Virus genome (UHGV): UHGV-0299546
Strand: one strand, 5' to 3'
DNA from: a virus
DNA: 35,363 bases
In this document: piece by piece, positions 18,688-27,545 of the stretch
How the letters are laid out: each line of letters begins with the position of its first letter
How positions within the stretch are numbered: position 1 is the first letter of the stretch
Translations under genes and position numbers: made by a program
The notes under the pieces: model-generated
Told to the model about the DNA's origin: nothing
Databases searched by the model: none
The model's input: the letters and a program-made list of their open reading frames with translations, nothing else

Positions 18688-19182
18688 ATGAGTATGGTTG
18701 CCAGAACCAACCCCGGACCCGCAGAGGACGACATCACCGATACCGATGATGGTGATACCCGTATTTCAGCGGGTGCATTCTGGCCGGATATTGTGCTGCG
18801 TGAGCTGCGTCTGGCGGTACGACTGCCGGGGCGCGTGACCACCTCCCGCCTGCTGCATACCGCCACCGGAGCTGTGGCACACGTTACCCGCGAGCTGGAA
18901 GCATGGCAGCAGGAACAGCAGGCGGCTGGCCATCAGACGCTGGCCGATGTTCCGGCACCCGTAATTAACGGAGAAAGCGTCAATCTCTGGCACTGGCGCA
19001 ATGCTGTTTATACCGCCACGCGCGCCCTGATTCTGGAGCGTTATCGTGATGCAGACACAACGGACAAGGGCGACCGCCGGGCGGACGCACTGGATATACA
19101 GACATCGGATTTGTGGCGTGATGTGAGCTGGGCCATCTCTGACATTCTGTGCCGCCCACGAATCTTTGCGGATTTGTGCTGA
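18688..19182 (+). CDS. L: Capsid completion protein gpL
   Basis: Resembles P2 L (ADVP...DGES, LWRD); ATG 18688 has a CAGGAG RBS, whereas the ORF-track GTG at 18679 has none. Confidence 0.85.
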   Translation: MSMVARTNPGPAEDDITDTDDGDTRISAGAFWPDIVLRELRLAVRLPGRVTTSRLLHTATGAVAHVTRELEAWQQEQQAAGHQTLADVPAPVINGESVNLWHWRNAVYTATRALILERYRDADTTDKGDRRADALDIQTSDLWRDVSWAISDILCRPRIFADLC

Positions 19183-19382
19183 TGAAAGTTAAGGCACTGG
19201 AAGGCGACACCGTGGATTCGCTCTGTTTCCGGTACTACGGCACGACGCAGGGCGTCACCGAAAAGGTGCTGGATGCCAACCCCGGACTCTGTCAGCAGGT
19301 ATTTCTGGACGCCGGGCAGGAAGTGGAGATGCCGGAGCCGGAGAAGAAGAAACGAGAAATGATTCAGTTGTGGGGGGAGTAG
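19182..19382 (+). CDS. X: Tail protein gpX
   Basis: MKVKALEGDTVDSLCFRYYG...ANPGL...LWGE resembles P2 X; start overlaps the L stop. Confidence 0.85.
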   Translation: MKVKALEGDTVDSLCFRYYGTTQGVTEKVLDANPGLCQQVFLDAGQEVEMPEPEKKKREMIQLWGE

Positions 19383-19384
19383 CA

Positions 19385-19708
19385 GTGAGCACCATTCAAA
19401 CAGGGATCACAGAGCAGGTTATTGCGTGGCTCTTTGACCACCTGCCAACGGTGTATGCAGTAGGCGCGGCGGTCAGCATTTCCGCGCTGATGAGTCTTTA
19501 TGACGGACGAACACTGGTTCAGACCGTAACGGGATCGCTGGCGTGCGGCGTTCTTGCCATGGCCGTGGCCGGGTCGTTGCGCTTCTTCGGGTTTCCTGAA
19601 GATGCCGTGACGTTTATCGGCGCATCAATCGGTTTTATGGGTGCAGAGAAAGCACGCGACAAGGTTATTGCGGCCTTTAATCGCAGGGTGAAGGAGAAGG
19701 ACGAATGA
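19385..19708 (+). CDS. Y: Holin (gpY-position)
   Basis: Hydrophobic 107-aa product with predicted transmembrane segments; GTG start with GGAG 6 nt upstream; precedes the endolysin. Confidence 0.65.
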   Translation: MSTIQTGITEQVIAWLFDHLPTVYAVGAAVSISALMSLYDGRTLVQTVTGSLACGVLAMAVAGSLRFFGFPEDAVTFIGASIGFMGAEKARDKVIAAFNRRVKEKDE

Positions 19709-20097
19709 GCAACACATTTAAATTCAGCAGCCGGAGCGAAAAGAATTTGCAGGGCGTAAATCCTGATCTGGTGAAAGTGACACGACGGGCACTGGAAATC
19801 TCGGAAGTGGATTTTGGTATCACCGAAGGGTTGCGCAGCCGTTACCGCCAGAAGCAACTGGTGGCCACGGGTAAGAGCCAGACCATGAACAGCCGCCACC
19901 TTACGGGGCATGCCGTGGATGTTGTGGCTTATATCGGCAGCCAGGTGTCATGGGAATGGCCGCTGTACGAAAAAATCGCTGCAGCATTCAGACAGGCCAG
20001 CCGGGAACTGAATATTCCGGTGGAATGGGGCGGCGACTGGAAGACCCTGAAAGACGGACCGCATTTTCAGTTACCACACGGAGCCTATCCGGCATGA
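19705..20097 (+). CDS. Endolysin, peptidase M15 family (not the T4-lysozyme type of P2 gpK)
   Basis: M15 zinc-peptidase motifs SRHLTGHAVD and WGGDW...DGPHFQL; sits between holin and spanins. Confidence 0.82.
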   Translation: MSNTFKFSSRSEKNLQGVNPDLVKVTRRALEISEVDFGITEGLRSRYRQKQLVATGKSQTMNSRHLTGHAVDVVAYIGSQVSWEWPLYEKIAAAFRQASRELNIPVEWGGDWKTLKDGPHFQLPHGAYPA

Positions 20098-20501
20098 AGC
20101 TCTGGCCCACGCTGGGCGTCGCTTTCCTTCTGATTGCCGCATGGGGAACATCCATGCGTCTGTCGTGGTCGCTGGGCCGGGAGAACGCCAGAAACGAAGC
20201 GCAGGCCAGCGCCCTGAAAAGTACCGTCGACACACTGAATATCATCAGTGCCGGGGTACAGGATATGCAGCAGGTGCTGGCGCAACTCCGCGTGGAAAAT
20301 CAACAGCGAAATCAGGACGGAGAGGCCAGACGTGAACAGCTACGCAACGATATTGCAAAAGATGAATGCGCCCACGCTTTGCCTGACGCTCGTTTTACTG
20401 ACAGGTTGCGCAGGCACGCAGAACGCGCCACGGCCAGCGCCGTCAGTCCGGCTTATACCGCAGACGCTGACCATCCCGGTAACGCCGCCCCCCTTCCCTG
20501 A
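20094..20501 (+). CDS. lysB: LysB / Rz-like inner-membrane spanin
   Basis: N-terminal transmembrane segment MKLWPTLGVAFLLIAAW, then a charged helical region; ATG overlaps the endolysin stop. Confidence 0.7.
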   Translation: MKLWPTLGVAFLLIAAWGTSMRLSWSLGRENARNEAQASALKSTVDTLNIISAGVQDMQQVLAQLRVENQQRNQDGEARREQLRNDIAKDECAHALPDARFTDRLRRHAERATASAVSPAYTADADHPGNAAPLP

Positions 20502-20652
20502 CCCTCCCACATGGGGAAATCTCGGTATATGGGGCGACCGCCTTCTGGATGCACTGGAAACCTGTAACGCGGATAAACGGGCCATTGAATTACTGGAACA
20601 GCGCAGGCTGCAACGACTGAACAACGAGGACAACAACCATGCTGAAAACTGA
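20362..20652 (+). CDS. lysC: LysC / Rz1-like outer-membrane lipoprotein spanin
   Basis: MNAPTLCLTLVLLTGCAG lipobox, proline-rich; +1 frame overlapping the 3' part of lysB. Confidence 0.65.
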   Translation: MNAPTLCLTLVLLTGCAGTQNAPRPAPSVRLIPQTLTIPVTPPPFPDPPTWGNLGIWGDRLLDALETCNADKRAIELLEQRRLQRLNNEDNNHAEN

Positions 20653-21106
20653 TTCCCTGCGTGAAGCCATGACCCGTTCATGCCGATGGTGTCAGGCCAA
20701 CCCGGAAAAATTCACCATTTTCGTGGAGAGCGGCAACATTGAAACGACCGGAGAAACGCCCTCGTTTGTTTACCGCTATCAGATGGTGATGTTTGTCATG
20801 GATTACGCCGGGGAGCTGGACGACCTCACGCTGCCGCTACTGGCGTGGTTATCCGAAAATCAGCCGCAATTGTTGCTCAATCCGGAGCGTAATCAGGACA
20901 TCAAATTCTCCGCCGTTATCAATGACGATGACAGCGCCGATCTCCTGTTTACGCTCCCTCTGCGGGAACGCGTTCGCATCACGCGCAGCAGTCAGGGGAC
21001 ACCGCAGGCAGAACACCTGCCGGAGCCAAAACCCCGTCTGCCATCTTCCGAAGGCGACTGGTCGCATGTATTCCAGGATGTGACGTGGGGTGAAAGCGAT
21101 GGATAA
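20639..21106 (+). CDS. R: Tail completion protein gpR
   Basis: 155 aa; MLK.DSLR...LAWL.ENQP resembles P2 R. Confidence 0.85.
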   Translation: MLKTDSLREAMTRSCRWCQANPEKFTIFVESGNIETTGETPSFVYRYQMVMFVMDYAGELDDLTLPLLAWLSENQPQLLLNPERNQDIKFSAVINDDDSADLLFTLPLRERVRITRSSQGTPQAEHLPEPKPRLPSSEGDWSHVFQDVTWGESDG

Positions 21107-21734
21107 GGCATTCACCCGCGTGGATGAAACCTTTGAGGCTATCCGCGACAGCCTGAATCAGCAGGCCATCAATAACATCGCCAGAAAGCTGGCACAGGAT
21201 TTACGTCGCGCCCAGCAGGCACGTATCCGGTCACAGAAAGCGCCGGACGGGACTGCATGGACACCACGCAGACGCCGCGTAACCCGGATACAGGAGCGTA
21301 TTCGCTTTATCTGGAATAACGAAGCACGCACGCTGAAAAACTGGCATCACGACACGGGGAAATACGGGCGAACCATCACCGGGTGGGATGAGGATAAAAA
21401 CAGCATCCGCACGTTTTACCGGGATGACATCGACCGCTTTCTGGAAATACGCACCCGGCGCATCAACCAGGACAGCACAAAGCGCGTCCCCATGTTCGTA
21501 AAACTGCGCACCGCCCGCTACCTGAAAGCCCGTGCAGATGCTTCCGGTGTGACGGTGGGTTACAGCGGCGTGGCCGCACGTATTGCACGCGTTCATCAGT
21601 TCGGTGAGCGCGATCAGGTTGCGCCGGGCATTTTCACCGATTACCCGGTACGTGAGCTGTTGGGCATCAGTCAGGCAGATGAACGCCTGATTTATAACAC
21701 GGTGCTGGGCCGGATTGCGGAGGCTGTACGGTGA
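21099..21734 (+). CDS. S: Tail completion / virion morphogenesis protein gpS
   Basis: Assigned by position between R and V; ATG 21099 overlaps the R stop. Confidence 0.7.
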   Translation: MDKAFTRVDETFEAIRDSLNQQAINNIARKLAQDLRRAQQARIRSQKAPDGTAWTPRRRRVTRIQERIRFIWNNEARTLKNWHHDTGKYGRTITGWDEDKNSIRTFYRDDIDRFLEIRTRRINQDSTKRVPMFVKLRTARYLKARADASGVTVGYSGVAARIARVHQFGERDQVAPGIFTDYPVRELLGISQADERLIYNTVLGRIAEAVR

Positions 21735-22312
21735 GCGCAGAACTCATGCGACTGCTGAGCAATATCATCCGCACCGGGATCATCTCTGAAGTTGATGAGA
21801 AGTCCTGGCGCGTGCGCGTTCGCAGCGGCGAACTGGAAACAGGCTGGTTGCGCTGGAACACCACGCGCGCGGGAGCCTTCAATGTGTGGCTGCCGCCATC
21901 ACCAGGCGAACAGGTGGTAATTGCCTGCATTGGCGGCAACCCGGAAACCGCCATGATAATTGGCAGCCTGTGGAGTGATGCCAGTCCGGCACCCGGCAAA
22001 AGCCTGAAAGAAATCGTGATCAGCGCGCCGGACGGCGCGGTGTTCCGCTACGACGCGGACGCAGGCGCACTGAGCGCCAGCGGCATGAAAACGGCCACTT
22101 TACAGGCATCCGTCAGCGTGAAACTGGATACGCCCGTCGTGGAATGCACAAACCTTCTGAGAACGGCGACGCTTGACGTCACAAAAGGAGGAAAGATGAG
22201 CGGCAATATCACGCACAGCGGCGGCAACTTCACCTCAAACGGCATTACCGTGCATACGCATAAACACGGTGGCGTGAAAGGCGGCAGCGATTCGACAGGA
22301 GGCCCGCAGTGA
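21731..22312 (+). CDS. V: Baseplate spike protein gpV
   Basis: C-terminal GNITHSGG...SNG..VHTHKH..GG resembles P2 V. Confidence 0.9.
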   Translation: MSAELMRLLSNIIRTGIISEVDEKSWRVRVRSGELETGWLRWNTTRAGAFNVWLPPSPGEQVVIACIGGNPETAMIIGSLWSDASPAPGKSLKEIVISAPDGAVFRYDADAGALSASGMKTATLQASVSVKLDTPVVECTNLLRTATLDVTKGGKMSGNITHSGGNFTSNGITVHTHKHGGVKGGSDSTGGPQ

Positions 22313-22659
22313 CAACCCGCTACACAGGAATGAATCCGGACGGGACGGGAAACCTGAACGATATGGAGCACCTGAAACAGTCAGTCAGGGACATCCTGAC
22401 CACCCCGCTGGCAAGCCGGGTTATGCGACGGGAATATGGCAGCCTTGTGCCTGATTTGATTGACGAACCCATGAATAACACCACGCGTCTGCAATGCATG
22501 AGTGCTGCCGTGATTGCGCTGACACGATGGGAACCCCGCATTGCCCTGGATGCCATCGACGTTGTCTGGAAAGCGGGAGGCCGCGCCGGGGTGACGCTGT
22601 CGGGCACTGTCATGCAGACCATGCAGAATGTTGAATTAACCATCACGCTAAGGGAGTAA
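22309..22659 (+). CDS. W: Baseplate protein gpW
   Basis: MTTRYTGMN...RVMRREYGSL...WEPR resembles P2 W. Confidence 0.9.
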   Translation: MTTRYTGMNPDGTGNLNDMEHLKQSVRDILTTPLASRVMRREYGSLVPDLIDEPMNNTTRLQCMSAAVIALTRWEPRIALDAIDVVWKAGGRAGVTLSGTVMQTMQNVELTITLRE

Positions 22660-22662
22660 ATC

Positions 22663-23559
22663 ATGCCCGCCGTTGACCTTTCACAGTTACCGGACCCCGC
22701 CATCATCGCGGAGCCTGACTTTGAGGCAATTCTGGCTGACACAAAGGCCATGATGATTGCGGCTTATCCCGCCGAACAGCGTGAAGCCGTTTCCGCCGCG
22801 CTGGAGCTGGAATCGGAACCCCTTAACGTTATCGCTCAAACCATGTCGTTTCGTGAAATGCTGTTACGCCAGCGGGTTAACGAGGGTGCACGCGCCTGCA
22901 TGTTAAGCCACAGCGCCGGGACAGACCTGGACAACCTCGCGGGCAATATGAACACAAAGCGCCTGGTTATCACTCCGGCAACGGATACCACCGACGCGGT
23001 GATGGAAAGCGACACCTCGCTGAGACTGCGGGCGCAACGGGCGTACGACGGCCTGAGTGTTGCTGGCCCGTCAGGTGCATACGAGTATTTTGCCCGCAGC
23101 GCCAGCGGTCTGGTGCGTGATGCGCGGGCTATCAGTCCGTCTCCGGCAAATGTGACGGTTTCCATCCTGTCCACTGAAGGCGACGGCACAGCAACGGAGG
23201 CGTTGCTTAATACCGTTCGCGCCGTTCTGAATGCAGAGGATACCCGCCCGGTGGCCGACCGCCTGACCGTACAGAGTGCCAGAATCGTGACATGGCGGCT
23301 GAATGCAAAACTGTACTTTTACCCCGGCCCGGAATCCGAACCTATTCTGGCTGCGGCGGAATCGTCGTTCAGGAAGTGGCTGGCTGAGCAGGGGCTTATC
23401 GGTCAGGACGTGGCGTTGTCCGCCATTGCTGCCGCACTGCATGTGCACGGTGTGCAACGCGTGGAGATAATCGAACCCACACAGAATATGGCCATCAGCG
23501 ACATACAGGCGGCGCGCTGTGAGTCGTTCACCATCAGCGAAGGTGGGCGCAATGAGTAA
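22663..23559 (+). CDS. J: Baseplate protein gpJ
   Basis: 298 aa, in P2 J position. Confidence 0.88.
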   Translation: MPAVDLSQLPDPAIIAEPDFEAILADTKAMMIAAYPAEQREAVSAALELESEPLNVIAQTMSFREMLLRQRVNEGARACMLSHSAGTDLDNLAGNMNTKRLVITPATDTTDAVMESDTSLRLRAQRAYDGLSVAGPSGAYEYFARSASGLVRDARAISPSPANVTVSILSTEGDGTATEALLNTVRAVLNAEDTRPVADRLTVQSARIVTWRLNAKLYFYPGPESEPILAAAESSFRKWLAEQGLIGQDVALSAIAAALHVHGVQRVEIIEPTQNMAISDIQAARCESFTISEGGRNE

Positions 23560-24082
23560 TTCACTGTTACCGCCATCAGCCAGCAGTTTCATGCGTTGTG
23601 CCGAAGCTGTCGGAACGCGCATTACAGACATCCCGGTAGACCTCAACACACTGTGGTCGCCGGATACCTGCCCGGTGCATCTGCTGCCTTATCTCGCCTG
23701 GGCATTTTCCGTTGACCGCTGGGATCGCAACTGGCCGGAAGAGACAAAGCGACAGGTTATTCGTGATGCATGGCTGATACACCGACACAAAGGGACCATC
23801 AGCGCACTGCGCAGGGCCATTGAACCACTGGGATACCTCATTCGCGTGTCTGAGTGGTGGGAGTTCGGCGGAGAACCGGGAACATTTACCGTTGAAGTCG
23901 GCACGCTGGACAGTGGCGTGACGGAGGAAATGTATCTGGAAATGGAGCGGTTGATTGCTGATGCCCGCCCGGTCAGCCGCCACATGACAGGGCTGAATAT
24001 CATTCAGGAGATTCAGGGAGATATTTTCGCGGCGGCAGCAACTTACGACGGCGAAGTCATTACCATTTATCCAGGCGATTAA
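23552..24082 (+). CDS. I: Baseplate protein gpI
   Basis: ATG 23552 (MSNSLLPP...) overlaps the J stop. Confidence 0.82.
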   Translation: MSNSLLPPSASSFMRCAEAVGTRITDIPVDLNTLWSPDTCPVHLLPYLAWAFSVDRWDRNWPEETKRQVIRDAWLIHRHKGTISALRRAIEPLGYLIRVSEWWEFGGEPGTFTVEVGTLDSGVTEEMYLEMERLIADARPVSRHMTGLNIIQEIQGDIFAAAATYDGEVITIYPGD

Positions 24083-24084
24083 GT

Positions 24085-26256
24085 ATGAGTACCACAACAC
24101 GAAAATTTAAAACCGTTATCACCGATACGGGTGCAAAAAAATTAGCTCAGGCAGCCGCGCCAGATGGTAAGCCTGTCCGCCTGACTCATATGGCCGTGGG
24201 CGACGGTGGCGGCACGTTGCCCACACCAGACAGTAAGCAGACCCGTCTGGTGCATGAGGTGTGGCGACACACTGTTAATCGCGTCATCCTGGACGCAACA
24301 CATCAGAACCGCATTATTGCGGAGCTGGTTATTCCTCCTGAAACGGGCGGATTCTGGATCCGGGAAATTGGTGTATTTGATGAGCACGGCGATTTAATCG
24401 CGGTGGGCAATACTGCCGAAAGTTACAAACCAACCGTTGCCGAAGGGTCCGGACGTGCACAAACATTTCGCACCATTCTGACCGTATCCAGCACTGCCAC
24501 CGTGGCGCTTACCGTGGATAACACCATGGTGATGGCCACAGTGGATTACGTGGATGACAAACTGAAAGAGCATGAACAGTCACGACGTCACCCGGATGCC
24601 TCGCTGACCGCAAAAGGCTTTGTTCAACTCAGTAGCGCCACTAACAGCGATTCTGAAACGCTGGCTGCAACGCCGAAAGCGGTTAAGGCCGCGTATGACC
24701 TGGCTAACGGAAAATATACCGCTCAGGACGCCACGACGGCACGAAAAGGGATAGTCCAGCTCAGCAGTGCAACCAACAGCACGTCTGAAACGCTGGCAGC
24801 GACACCAAAAGCTGTTAAGGCGGTAATGGATGAAACGAACAAGAAAGCGCCCTTAAACAGTCCTGCGCTGACCGGAACACCAACAACACCAACTGCGCCA
24901 AAAGGTACTAACAATACTCAGATCGCAAGCACGGCTTATGTTATGGCTGCGATCGCTGCCCTCGTGGACTCGTCGCCTGACGCACTGAATACGCTGAACG
25001 AGCTGGCTGCGGCGTTGGGCAACGACCCGAATTTTGCGACCACCATGACTAACGCGCTTGCGGGTAAGCAACCGAAAGATGCCACCCTGACGGCGCTGGC
25101 CGGGCTTGCTACTGCGGCAGACAGGTTTCCGTATTTTACGGGGAATGATGTTGCCAGCTTGGCAACCCTGACAAAAGTTGGGCGGGATATTCTTGCGAAA
25201 TCGACCGTTGCCGCCGTTATCGAATACCTCGGTTTACAGGAAACGGTAAACAAGGCTGGTAACGCCGTTCAGCGTTCCGGCGATAAAATGACCGGAGAAC
25301 TGAAAATTGGCACGATGAATGCGCTGCGAATTTTTAATGATGCCTTCGGTCTTATTTTCCGTCGTTCAGAAGAGTACCTTCATTTCATCCCTACGGCTGA
25401 AGGACAAGGCGAAAACGGTGATATCGGCCCATTAAGGCCATTCGCTATAAATCTGAGAACAGGTGCTATATCTGTCAGCCACGGGGCCAAAATTGATGGT
25501 GGGCTGGCGCTTGGTACAGATAACGCACTGGGCGGTAATTCCATTACTCTCGGAGATAACGACACTGGTATTAAACAGGGCGGCGACGGTGTCCTTTTAT
25601 TCTATTCAAATGGACAACTGGCATTTGGGCTTCAACCCGCATCTGCTGATTTTTATAAGCGGGTTGCATATATTCATCAGGGAATAATTCCTGATGGAAG
25701 TGGCGCATTTGCAGACCAGTTGAATAATGCCACCGCGCCTTTTGTTCAGACGCAGTTTGCCTGGAATCCCACTCCTGGTGGTCATTACGTGCCGATAGTT
25801 AAGGGCTTGTCCATTCGCAATGGACAGGGCTATCCCGGCGCGGTCAGCTTTGGGTATTTACTGACAGAACAGTATGGATTTCCGGTTCCATGTATTCATA
25901 TGCGTGGCGATGGCGGTAATGATGCTTTATGGCAGTTTAACCCGAACGATAAATCCTTTATTTCACCGGGTGCTCTTATTGCGGGTGGCGTCCATTATAA
26001 CACCGATGGAAATATATTTGGTGGGTGCTGGGGTTCAAACTTAAATGATTACCTGAATAGTTCTTTTATCAGAAATGTGCGTCTGGGAGGCAGACGTTCT
26101 GACGTATTATATCGCGGAGGACTTTGCGAACCAGGTAATGGTCATGTGACAACAGGATTGCAAATTATTGGTGAGGTTGATGGAGATGACTGGATGGTGT
26201 CACGACCACTACAAAAATACATTTCTGGTAACTGGTATAACGTTGAACAGGCATAG
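24085..26256 (+). CDS. H: Tail fibre protein gpH
   Basis: 723 aa; conserved P2 H-like N-terminus; internal phage tail-fibre repeats; variable C-terminal receptor-binding region. Confidence 0.9.
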   Translation: MSTTTRKFKTVITDTGAKKLAQAAAPDGKPVRLTHMAVGDGGGTLPTPDSKQTRLVHEVWRHTVNRVILDATHQNRIIAELVIPPETGGFWIREIGVFDEHGDLIAVGNTAESYKPTVAEGSGRAQTFRTILTVSSTATVALTVDNTMVMATVDYVDDKLKEHEQSRRHPDASLTAKGFVQLSSATNSDSETLAATPKAVKAAYDLANGKYTAQDATTARKGIVQLSSATNSTSETLAATPKAVKAVMDETNKKAPLNSPALTGTPTTPTAPKGTNNTQIASTAYVMAAIAALVDSSPDALNTLNELAAALGNDPNFATTMTNALAGKQPKDATLTALAGLATAADRFPYFTGNDVASLATLTKVGRDILAKSTVAAVIEYLGLQETVNKAGNAVQRSGDKMTGELKIGTMNALRIFNDAFGLIFRRSEEYLHFIPTAEGQGENGDIGPLRPFAINLRTGAISVSHGAKIDGGLALGTDNALGGNSITLGDNDTGIKQGGDGVLLFYSNGQLAFGLQPASADFYKRVAYIHQGIIPDGSGAFADQLNNATAPFVQTQFAWNPTPGGHYVPIVKGLSIRNGQGYPGAVSFGYLLTEQYGFPVPCIHMRGDGGNDALWQFNPNDKSFISPGALIAGGVHYNTDGNIFGGCWGSNLNDYLNSSFIRNVRLGGRRSDVLYRGGLCEPGNGHVTTGLQIIGEVDGDDWMVSRPLQKYISGNWYNVEQA
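24613..24825 (+). repeat. Intragenic tandem repeat in H, two ~44-aa units
   Basis: GFVQLSSATNSDSETLAATPKAVKA and GIVQLSSATNSTSETLAATPKAVKA, 132 bp apart. Confidence 0.6.
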
Positions 26257-26271
26257 CCATCAGGAGAATAT

Positions 26272-26799
26272 ATGCAACATCTGAAAAATATTACCGCCGG
26301 AAACCCCAAAACCATTGAGCAGTATCAGCTTACGAAAAAAGCTGGCGTTATCTGGCTATATACAGAAGACGGTAAAAACTGGTATGACGAATTAAAAAAC
26401 TTTCAGGATGATACTTTAAAAATAGCTTATGACCAGAAGGGGATTATTCGTTGTATTGAGAAAGACGTATCAATGCTTAACCCTGACGGGTTAAGTGTTG
26501 TTGAGTTACCGAATATAACAGCCAACCGTCGCGCCGATATCTCGGGAAACTGGAAGTTTCTGGATGGTAAAGTAGTAAAGCGGGAATATACAAAACAGGA
26601 ACTGCAACAGCAGGCAGAGTTACAAAAAGCCGCTTTGCTTTCCGAAGCGGAGTCTGTGATTCAACCGCTGGAACGTGCTGTCAGACTGAATATGGCAACT
26701 GATGAGGAACGCACACGACTGGAATCATGGGAACGCTACAGCGTTATGGTCAGCCGTGTGGATACTGCAAAGCCTGAATGGCCACAGAAACCAAAATAA
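26272..26799 (+). CDS. G: Tail fibre assembly chaperone gpG
   Basis: 175 aa following H; AGGAG RBS. Confidence 0.85.
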   Translation: MQHLKNITAGNPKTIEQYQLTKKAGVIWLYTEDGKNWYDELKNFQDDTLKIAYDQKGIIRCIEKDVSMLNPDGLSVVELPNITANRRADISGNWKFLDGKVVKREYTKQELQQQAELQKAALLSEAESVIQPLERAVRLNMATDEERTRLESWERYSVMVSRVDTAKPEWPQKPK

Positions 26800-26808
26800 C
26801 AACAAATT

Positions 26809-26830
26809 AAGGCCCGTACGGGCCTTTTCT
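26809..26830 (+). terminator. Intrinsic terminator after the tail fibre operon
   Basis: AAGGCCCG-TA-CGGGCCTT followed by TTCTT. Confidence 0.6.
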
Positions 26831-26862
26831 TATTCTGGTGGTTCCGGGAATGTTACAGGAAG

Positions 26863-27018
26863 AACCAAATAGCAAGGCTGATCAAAAACGGTCATGACAG
26901 GAAACAACTGGCGATCATTTACGACATCGGCATATCGACGATTTATCGTTATCACCCTGTAGGCGATATACAGGCTGAAGAAACAACCAGGCAGACTCAG
27001 GAAAATGAAAACCGCTAA
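26863..27018 (+). pseudogene. C-terminal fragment of a serine DNA invertase (Hin/Gin/Pin family), no start codon
   Basis: Frame reads ...NQIARLIKNGHDRKQLAIIYDIGISTIYRYHPVGD...*, resembling the HTH domain of Hin; no ATG/GTG/TTG start (the frame opens at the G stop codon) and no catalytic domain. Confidence 0.5.
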
Positions 27019-27035
27019 TCTGACCATTAGCGGTT
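27005..27035. terminator. Bidirectional hairpin between the invertase remnant and the end of U
   Basis: AAACCGCTAAT-CTGACC-ATTAGCGGTTT with T-rich flanks on both strands. Confidence 0.5.
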
Positions 27036-27044
27036 TTGCGTTAA

Positions 27045-27539
27045 TCAAAACAGCCCTTTAACGGAGCTGGCCGCGCTGTTAAGGGATGATGTGACCTTAT
27101 CTTTGAAGCCGGACAGCATATCACTGAACGATGAGGATTGCAGGCGCTCCCGCAAATCCTCATCACAGCGTTCAAGGGTCAGTGAAAATTCTATCTTTTT
27201 CGCCTTACCGTAGCGATCAAACTCGGAGCGGGTCGTATTCGTTTCAGTCAGTACATACATGCCGTAAATCTGCCCGACACCATCAATCAGAGGCCAGGGG
27301 CGTCCTGTATATGCCTGCGTGGTCAGCAACGAAAGCGACACTTCGCCACCTGTAATTTCAGGATAAAGCACACCAGAAAGAACGATGCGATCATCACCTG
27401 CACCGATATACTGCCAGCTTGCTGAACGGTTAACGCGTTCATTTTTCACATGCCGCCAGCTTTTGTTTTGCTGTAACTGCTGATGCGGCAGCGTGCGCAG
27501 CTCAAAAACAAACATGCCGTAGATCATCATCATGACCAT
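27045..27539 (-). CDS. U: Tail protein gpU
   Basis: 164 aa, P2 U-like by position and length; start among a run of Met codons is uncertain. Confidence 0.85.
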   Translation of the reverse strand: MVMMMIYGMFVFELRTLPHQQLQQNKSWRHVKNERVNRSASWQYIGAGDDRIVLSGVLYPEITGGEVSLSLLTTQAYTGRPWPLIDGVGQIYGMYVLTETNTTRSEFDRYGKAKKIEFSLTLERCDEDLRERLQSSSFSDMLSGFKDKVTSSLNSAASSVKGLF

Positions 27540-27545
27540 GACTCC

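Noticed and set aside
26866-26895. hix/gix-like recombination half-site (ATCAAAAAC) near the invertase remnant
   Set aside because: Only a 9-bp match, lying inside the remnant coding frame; no partner site found.
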